From: an uncultured Bacteriovoracaceae bacterium
Lineage (GTDB): Bacteria; Bdellovibrionota; UBA1018
Direction of reading: 5' to 3'
NCBI GenBank assembly: GCA_964485835.1
Contig: CAZAKW010000003.1
Span: forward strand, 1 to 28,358
DNA length: 28,358 nucleotides
Positions 22,386-28,358 of the stretch are shown here, in pieces. A program made the translations under genes and the position numbers. Below the pieces are notes generated by a model, which made no database searches, had not been told where the DNA came from, and saw nothing but the letters and a program-made list of their open reading frames with translations. The first letter of the stretch is position 1; every line of letters begins with the position of its first letter.

Positions 22386-23673
22386 TCGTTGATTTTCCCT
22401 CATTAACCAGGAAGCCCGGTCGCGCATCGCCACCCGGGGTCCCGGTTTTTAAGTCGGACTTATGAAAAAAATTATAATTAAGCGTTCCGCGTTTATCGAA
22501 CGCGCGCTCGTAAAGTTCCAAGGTTCGCTGCAAGCGCAACCGGCGATCGTACTTCGCCTTCACGTGTAAACGGGCACGCTTTCCCATGTCCAATCGCGTC
22601 GCTTCATCTTCGATCAGCACGCGAAGCCTCTGCTGCAAATCGAAAGCGTCGTCCGGCCGCGTAAGCAGTCCGAACTCCTCCTGCCCGACGATTTCCTTGG
22701 CGCTCCCGCCGCTGGAGATGACGATCGGGCATTCCATCGCCATCGCTTCGATCGCGACCAACCCGAACGCTTCCTGCTTCGAAGGCATTACGAAAAGATC
22801 GAACGCCTGCATCACTTCCGGGATATTCTCCATGTAGCCGGTGAAAAGCACGGACTCTTCCAAATGGAATTGTCCGACCATCGCCTTCAATTCCTCGAAG
22901 TGGCCGTCTTCGCTTCCCAGCGTTTCTTCGCCGACGATCACGAACTTGAGCTTCTTCTCGCTTCCAATGCGTTTCATCAATCCCGCGGCCGCCTTGATGA
23001 ACGTGCCCTGTCCCTTCGCCGGGTCGATTCGTCCGACCAAACCGATGACGACTGTCTCCGGATCCGCACCCCACTCCGATCGTTGCCGGCGAGCATCGAC
23101 CTTATCCGGATCAAAGCGTTCGAAATCCAAGCCAAGATTGACGATATCAACCCTTCCGTCGTCCACCGGATGGGTGGCTAATACGTTATCTCGCAACGAA
23201 ACACTCATTACGACGAGCGAATCAACGCGTTGGTAGATCAGCGCGTGGAGCCAATTGCGTTTGTCGTGATTGCTCATGATATGTCGGGAAGCGATGAGCG
23301 GAATGCGTTTCCGTTTCCAAATCCAGGGAGAAATCGATCCCAAGAGAGTCGTTTGGTGGGTATGCACCAGGTTCACGTCGCCCGAATCGATCCAGCGTTC
23401 TAAATCGTTTCGAAAATGGAAATCAAGCGTGTCACGGGGCCGATACTTCAGCGGCAGAACCACGATTCCTTTCTTATTCGCCAGCGTGCGATGGATTGGC
23501 GAATCTTCAAGCACAGCGACTTGCACGGGGAGTTCGTACCGGGCGAATTCCTGGGCGTCGAACGCGACGGTCTGCTCAAGCCCGCCCCACGACTTCGAGA
23601 GGCAAATCAAAAGCGGACGGGAATGGGGGCGAAGTCGGTTTGCTCGCTCAACGAGCGATTTTTCTAATTCCAC
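22243..23673 (-). CDS. GT4 (GT-B) glycosyltransferase with an apparent read-through C-terminal tail
   Basis: WGGLEQ, VGRIDPAKGQ, FTGY, FVMPSKQEAFGLVAIEAMA (EX7E). The start was moved to GTG 23673, which has a GGAGGAG SD. The last ~75 codons look non-coding and overlap the protease gene by 143 nt. Confidence 0.88.
   Translation of the reverse strand: MELEKSLVERANRLRPHSRPLLICLSKSWGGLEQTVAFDAQEFARYELPVQVAVLEDSPIHRTLANKKGIVVLPLKYRPRDTLDFHFRNDLERWIDSGDVNLVHTHQTTLLGSISPWIWKRKRIPLIASRHIMSNHDKRNWLHALIYQRVDSLVVMSVSLRDNVLATHPVDDGRVDIVNLGLDFERFDPDKVDARRQRSEWGADPETVVIGLVGRIDPAKGQGTFIKAAAGLMKRIGSEKKLKFVIVGEETLGSEDGHFEELKAMVGQFHLEESVLFTGYMENIPEVMQAFDLFVMPSKQEAFGLVAIEAMAMECPIVISSGGSAKEIVGQEEFGLLTRPDDAFDLQQRLRVLIEDEATRLDMGKRARLHVKAKYDRRLRLQRTLELYERAFDKRGTLNYNFFHKSDLKTGTPGGDARPGFLVNEGKSTTTYERRESAISSPDALAPEAACCLQARTNRGAEPPVLHPVPLRRSRF
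22471..22499 (-). promoter_or_regulatory. Sigma70-like promoter candidate pointing antisense into the metalloprotease gene
   Basis: TCGATA(22499-22494)-N17-TATAAT(22476-22471). The -10 lies in the palindrome AATTATAATT, so TATAAT is present on both strands. Confidence 0.3.
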
Positions 23674-24748
23674 GTCGAATCTCCTCCCATACCGTGTTCG
23701 CCTGGATGCCTCGTAAACACTGAATCTTTCGGTCGGGGCCTTGCGAGCAAATATTCCGTTCACAGGGCCAACACTCAACTGAATTCAACGAAATCTGCAC
23801 CAGCCCCGGCCCCGTCGGTTTCGTTCGCCTCGGATCGGCTGCCCCGCACACAATCTGCGTAAAAGATCCGCAAAACGCTGCGACATGGGCTAGCCCGGAT
23901 TCGTTGGTGACGGTGAATTCGGCTTCGCGAAACAATCGCACGAGCGAAGTCACCGGTCCGCGCGCGGTGTAATCAATCAGTCGAAGTTCTTCGTCCTGAC
24001 ACAAGCGTTCTGCGAGGGGGGCTTCCTTCGGGCCACCGACGATGACCCCGGTTAGATTCGTCGCTTCCGCGATCGATTTCGCCAGTCCCACGAAGTAATC
24101 CACCGGCCAGCGTCGAGATTCCGCCGTGGCGCCGGGAGCCAGTACCCAGTAATACCCCGAGGGAGGAGCAAGCCTTTCTCCCGGCCAATCGCGATCGGCA
24201 TCGAATTCGGAGAGTTCCCCGGGGATAGGATCATCGAGGTCGTTTTCGGGAAGACGATCCCAAAACTCCCTCACCTCCCGTTTGGGTTGGGCTTCGCGGG
24301 GAAGCAGATCCACGTAGGCCTGGGCCCGGTGGTGAATACCGAATCGTTCGCCCGGGACCTGAACGCCCTGATTCAGGAGAAATCCTCGTCCGTCGGCGGC
24401 GTAACCGCGCCGGATACTCGCTCCGGCTCGTTTGAGAAACCAAGCCGCGGAGAAAGAATTCGGAAGCGAGATTCCAAGATCCCACTCTCGTCCTGCGGAA
24501 AGCGCCAAGGCCTGGCGGTCCAAACTCCGAAACTTCGACCAAAGACTGCCGGGCGGTGCACGATCCAACACGACGACCTCGTCGACTAGGCCGCGAAACT
24601 GGATATCTGCGACCCACGGGACGCAGACGACGGAGATTTTCGCCCGCGGATAGGCCTTTCGAAGGTAATGAAAAAACGGAAAGGCCAAGACTTGGTCGCC
24701 GATCCAATTCGGAGCTCGGACGAGAATCGACCGAGGCGAATCAGCCAT
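23648..24748 (-). CDS. waaF: GT9 LPS heptosyltransferase (WaaF-like)
   Basis: ILVRAPNWIGD, LPNSFSAA, RRGY, LAPGA...RRWP, NESGLAHVAA and C.PC...C in the tail. The WaaF-versus-other-GT9 assignment is tentative. Confidence 0.8.
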   Translation of the reverse strand: MADSPRSILVRAPNWIGDQVLAFPFFHYLRKAYPRAKISVVCVPWVADIQFRGLVDEVVVLDRAPPGSLWSKFRSLDRQALALSAGREWDLGISLPNSFSAAWFLKRAGASIRRGYAADGRGFLLNQGVQVPGERFGIHHRAQAYVDLLPREAQPKREVREFWDRLPENDLDDPIPGELSEFDADRDWPGERLAPPSGYYWVLAPGATAESRRWPVDYFVGLAKSIAEATNLTGVIVGGPKEAPLAERLCQDEELRLIDYTARGPVTSLVRLFREAEFTVTNESGLAHVAAFCGSFTQIVCGAADPRRTKPTGPGLVQISLNSVECWPCERNICSQGPDRKIQCLRGIQANTVWEEIRRGIRKIAR

Positions 24749-25808
24749 TCGGTTTCCCTTTTTCGGACGAGGCGGGTTCCGCGGTCGGCCGCTCGCCGGG
24801 TTCGACCTCTTTCAAACGCGCGGCAACCGATCCCACTTTGACTTTTGCTTCCAGGCGAACGACGAAGCGTCGGTCGTCGTCCGTCAGCCAGATATAGCTC
24901 GGACCGCGTTCCTGTTTCATCACGCCTTGGAATCTGGTTTGTGGACGTACGACGATGCATTGCCGCTTGCCCATCGGTGTGTCCATCATTTCCCGCCGAA
25001 TCACCGTGACGACGGCCTCCCAAGACTTTCCTTCACTCACCACGGGAAATGCATAGGTTTTACCCGGAGCGAGCGGCAGCGTGCGCAGATAGTAAAGCGC
25101 GGAAAAGCTATCCTGCGAAAACGGAGTCATATCGAAATACTCTTTCGTTTCCGATTGTCCCTTGGTGACGTGGTTCTTGCGGTCCCAATAAAAAACTTTT
25201 TTCGCGGCCGAGTCGAAAAGCTCAAGGGAATCGCGCTTCACCTTCGTCTGATCGAGCAGCATGTGGAAACGATGGGAAAACAGACCGTCGTAATCCCAAA
25301 AACTTTGGATGGTGTCGTTCAAGCTATAAAAGAGATTCATCACCTTGGAACTCTTCGCGTGAGCCTTGAGATGGTAAACTTTTCTATCGCCAATTTTCTT
25401 CGTCGGCAGGACCTCCGCCGTGAACTCGCCGGCCGCCATGCCAATGTAAGTGATTTCCAAAGTCATCTTCTCGCCAATCCAAAACGGGACCGGCGAAGGG
25501 CGACGGCTCGGATAGACCACCGCGGATTTTGTTTTTGGCGCTGGAGCCGCGGCTTGGTTCTTTTTAGCGACGGCCGTTTTCTTGGGAGCCGGTTTCTTTT
25601 TTTCGGACGAGGAGGGCGGAGTCGGTTTTGGGTCTTCCGGAGACTCGTTCAGAGACGCTTCCATCACTTCGAACTTCGCTTGAAGATCCGGAGGGAGTTC
25701 TTTTGGAAGAGGATGGATGACTTTCGAACTCGTCGAACACGCTCCGAGGCTTGCCGCCAGCACCACGAGCAAGGAAATACGGCCAAAAAGTGAATAAAGA
25801 CCAGACAT
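24741..25808 (-). CDS. DUF3108-family lipoprotein
   Basis: Lipobox LGAC, a Lys/Pro/Ala-rich linker, GEKMTLEITY, QDSFSALYYLR, DTPMGK and IWLTDDDRRFVVRLEAKVKVGSV. Confidence 0.78.
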   Translation of the reverse strand: MSGLYSLFGRISLLVVLAASLGACSTSSKVIHPLPKELPPDLQAKFEVMEASLNESPEDPKPTPPSSSEKKKPAPKKTAVAKKNQAAAPAPKTKSAVVYPSRRPSPVPFWIGEKMTLEITYIGMAAGEFTAEVLPTKKIGDRKVYHLKAHAKSSKVMNLFYSLNDTIQSFWDYDGLFSHRFHMLLDQTKVKRDSLELFDSAAKKVFYWDRKNHVTKGQSETKEYFDMTPFSQDSFSALYYLRTLPLAPGKTYAFPVVSEGKSWEAVVTVIRREMMDTPMGKRQCIVVRPQTRFQGVMKQERGPSYIWLTDDDRRFVVRLEAKVKVGSVAARLKEVEPGERPTAEPASSEKGKPNG

Positions 25809-25817
25809 ATCGGAAGC

Positions 25818-26678
25818 TTATCGGAAAAGCGAAGGAGAGCGGAGAGAAAACGACCTGGGTGCGGGAGGAAGACGCCACTCACCGTCAAAGAGCGGTGAAA
25901 AGTTTGAGTCCGGCCGCATCATCCACCAAGGCCAATCCGCAGGATAAGCCCGAATTTTTTCCTCTAAAACCCCCGCCAACCGAGCAGTATTCACGGCCAC
26001 TTCAAGTTCGGGCTCCGCCAGCATCGCGACCCACTCTAACGAGGGCAAAAACTCGATCCACAAATCGCCGTCTTGGGGTCCGCGGTAACTGATGACGGGA
26101 ACCATCGCCGCACCCGTGACCAAAGCGAATTCGACCGGCGCCGTCGTCATGGACGTTGGAATGCCAAAGAACGGGACTCGAATCTCGGCCGAAGATTTAA
26201 GGGGCGCCGTAGTTCCTTTCGGCCCAAAGAGAACCGCGCTGCTCGCCTCGGGTACGTCCGTTTTTAACCACCGGAACACCCGGTCCGGATTTCCAAGCGC
26301 GCTGACGACTAGAATCGCCGAAGCTCGACGCGAGCCGAGCGATTCCCAATGGGCAAATCCTTTCACGCGCGGCGCCCGATCCGTTCGATTTTCCAGGAGC
26401 GTTCTTAATCTGCGAGCACCGCTTTCGCGGGTAAGACGCTCACGGAGATCCCGACGTTCCGGAGATCCACCGCCGTAGGCTCGGACGAGGTTCGTCTGGA
26501 CGCCCATTCGGAACGCGGCAGACAGCCAAAGTCCGCGGCCGGCAACCAAGAGAATTTTTCCCCGAACGGCTTCTGGCAACCACGAATATACCCAAGCCGC
26601 GAGTCCCATCACCCAATTTAGTAACCTCGCCCCGACCAAAAGCAGCTCCACGCTCACTCGCTTAAGAAGCGGCGCCAT
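25818..26678 (-). CDS. Degenerate LpxL/LpxM-family (lipid A late acyltransferase-like) protein lacking the catalytic His
   Basis: N-terminal TM, NLVRAY, RVKG, VPFFG...ALVTGAAMVPV and EEKIRAYPADWPW match the family. The HLGNWE-type motif reads ALGNPD and the central region is shortened. Confidence 0.65.
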   Translation of the reverse strand: MAPLLKRVSVELLLVGARLLNWVMGLAAWVYSWLPEAVRGKILLVAGRGLWLSAAFRMGVQTNLVRAYGGGSPERRDLRERLTRESGARRLRTLLENRTDRAPRVKGFAHWESLGSRRASAILVVSALGNPDRVFRWLKTDVPEASSAVLFGPKGTTAPLKSSAEIRVPFFGIPTSMTTAPVEFALVTGAAMVPVISYRGPQDGDLWIEFLPSLEWVAMLAEPELEVAVNTARLAGVLEEKIRAYPADWPWWMMRPDSNFSPLFDGEWRLPPAPRSFSLRSPSLFR

Positions 26679-27610
26679 ACGTCCTCTCCTTCGACGAATT
26701 CGATTTCCGGTTCGACGAACTCAACCTGTTCCGGCGAAACGCCAAGCCCTCTCCACTTCACCCAATCCTTGCCCGTCAGCAACACGGTTTCCCCCACCGC
26801 TTTCGCCTCGTTTAAGATGCGCTCCACTTCGGAAGCCTGAAATTCGTGATGGTCAGGGAAAACCGACGTACCCACGATCGCGTACCCCGCTCGAGACAAA
26901 CTGGCACGCGCTTCTTCGGGGTCCCCCAAAGCCGCCACGAAACGGTACCGTCCCTGTTGTGCGTCTGGCGCGGGAACCCGGTACCGAATTCTCGCCTTCC
27001 GGGGGTGGGAGGCGAGCTGCGCAGGAAAGGCATCGCCCTTGGTGAGCACGACGAGATCCTCGGCAGACACGACGGAAAAATCTTCGCGAAAAAATCGTTC
27101 GCCAAACTGGGCGTCGGTCACCGCTACGACGTACCGATCGCACCGGATCTTCCAATGTTGAAAAGCATCGTCCAACAAAACGAGATCGAATCCCCGACCC
27201 GTTCGTAGAGACGCCGCGGAATGGAGACATTCAAATTGCAGAATTCGATTCGCCCCGACCCCGATCCACGCCTCCGGGACTTGGTCTCGAAGCAATGCGG
27301 CTTCGTCTCCGCATAAAGCAGGTGAAGGCGCAGGCTCGCCCGGAATGATCATTCCACCAACCCCTTCCCACTGGGATCGATATCCTCGCGTAAGGACGGC
27401 GACTTGCAACCCCTCCTTCACGGCATCACGAGCGATTCGAATGGTCAGAGGGGTTTTCCCGGTACCACCCGCCTGGAGATTGCCGATGCCGATCGTGCGG
27501 ACCGGAAGGCGTTTGGACTCAATCCAGTCCCGCGCCCGGGCGTAGCGTGCGACTCGATTAATCCCCGACCAGATTCGTGAAACCGCGTATCGAGGGGTGA
27601 TGTTCTTCAC
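26654..27610 (-). CDS. lpxK: Tetraacyldisaccharide 4'-kinase
   Basis: IGNLQAGGTGKTP, LTRGY, GDEA, LLDDAFQH, FPDHH and TGKDWVK. GTG start overlapping the lpxB stop (GTGA). Confidence 0.9.
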   Translation of the reverse strand: MKNITPRYAVSRIWSGINRVARYARARDWIESKRLPVRTIGIGNLQAGGTGKTPLTIRIARDAVKEGLQVAVLTRGYRSQWEGVGGMIIPGEPAPSPALCGDEAALLRDQVPEAWIGVGANRILQFECLHSAASLRTGRGFDLVLLDDAFQHWKIRCDRYVVAVTDAQFGERFFREDFSVVSAEDLVVLTKGDAFPAQLASHPRKARIRYRVPAPDAQQGRYRFVAALGDPEEARASLSRAGYAIVGTSVFPDHHEFQASEVERILNEAKAVGETVLLTGKDWVKWRGLGVSPEQVEFVEPEIEFVEGEDVWRRFLSE

Positions 27611-28358
27611 GAGGGTTCCTTCTCTCGCCTTGCCAACAGGATGGATTCAATCTCCGTAGCGACTTGTTCCGAGGGACTCGACTCGCCTAATTCTCGTCGA
27701 ATATGGGCAAACCCTTCCTGCTGCCGCCGCTTTGGGGCGTCGGAAAAAAGGGCCATCGTCTCCGCGGCCATTCGCGCGGGCGTAAAATCCTCAAGGATCA
27801 ATTCCGGAACGAGCCGCTCGCTCTTCGCGTCACTCGACCCGACGACGAAGGAATGGATCAGGTTCGTCAGGGAAATCGCCGACCGGTATCGCACTAGGTG
27901 CCGAAAAACCCACCGCGATACGGCGTGGGCCTGATAAACGACCACATGCGGACAGTCGAGCAGAGCGGCTTCAAGACTCGAGGTTCCCGATTTGATCAAG
28001 CCGACGTCGGCCGCACGCATGGCGGTCCAGGCGTCGCCTTGGCTGATTTGCAACTCCAGACCGATGGATACCCGCCGAGCCGAGGATTTGAATTCCTCAA
28101 GATCGGCCGTTTCCGGCAAGGGCACTAGGATATGAAGCTTCTGCCCGTCGAGGGTGGTTTGAATCTTACGAGCCGCCTCCAACATCGGTTCCAAGTGATA
28201 TCGAAATTCCGCCGGGCGGCTTCCCACCATCAAAAGTAAAGTGGGCACTCCCGCTTCCAGCCCGAAGTGGCCCCGCGCCGCCTCACGAGTCGTCGTCAAC
28301 GGGAGTTCGTCCATCAAGGGGTTCCCCACGTATTTAAAACGCACCCCCGATCCTTCGT
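27607..28358 (-). CDS. lpxB: Lipid-A-disaccharide synthase, C-terminal part (5' truncated by the window edge)
   Basis: YVGNPL, VGSRPAE, KSGTSSLEAALLDCPHVVVY and VPELI. The frame stays open to the right edge. Confidence 0.9.
   Translation of the reverse strand, partial: EGSGVRFKYVGNPLMDELPLTTTREAARGHFGLEAGVPTLLLMVGSRPAEFRYHLEPMLEAARKIQTTLDGQKLHILVPLPETADLEEFKSSARRVSIGLELQISQGDAWTAMRAADVGLIKSGTSSLEAALLDCPHVVVYQAHAVSRWVFRHLVRYRSAISLTNLIHSFVVGSSDAKSERLVPELILEDFTPARMAAETMALFSDAPKRRQQEGFAHIRRELGESSPSEQVATEIESILLARREKEPS

Noticed and set aside
1-28358. CRISPR arrays, tRNA/rRNA, transposases, integrases, phage genes
   Set aside because: No regularly spaced repeats, no cloverleaf/T-loop context in intergenic DNA and no such protein motifs were seen by eye.

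Overview
A gene-dense bacterial chromosomal window of roughly high-50s %GC by eye. I found no transposase, integrase, CRISPR array, rRNA or tRNA. The gene content suggests a Bdellovibrionota-like organism (inference only): a PEGA-domain Ser/Thr kinase, a stand-alone HD-GYP protein, a Csd6/Pgp2/Bd1075-type L,D-peptidase and many Cys-rich secreted hypotheticals. From left to right: (1) a signalling patch with an HD-GYP phosphodiesterase, an orphan OmpR-type regulator and a membrane Ser/Thr kinase; (2) a tightly coupled minus-strand run of ssb, a GT2 polyprenol-phosphate sugar synthase, an L,D-peptidase with NTF2 domain, an FAD oxidoreductase, an SxxK serine hydrolase and mpl, which looks like a peptidoglycan trimming/recycling module; (3) a CxxC-TM-TM-CxxC membrane protein divergent from an Rsm22/METTL17-like protein with four candidate Fe-S cysteines; (4) an accessory patch (12.0-16.2 kb) of four secreted proteins, including a low-GC signal-peptide protein with a degenerate kinase fold, a bidirectional promoter and a candidate structured sRNA; (5) rsmB, sppA, an outer-membrane beta-barrel and rpsA; (6) a secreted HExxH metalloprotease; (7) an LPS operon of lpxB (partial), lpxK, a catalytically degenerate LpxL-family gene, a DUF3108 lipoprotein, a GT9 heptosyltransferase and a GT4. 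The best candidates for undescribed biology are the secreted kinase-like gene with its convergent sRNA candidate, the mpl-linked recycling module, and the LpxL-like pseudo-enzyme. All family assignments come from motif recognition by eye; no searches were run.
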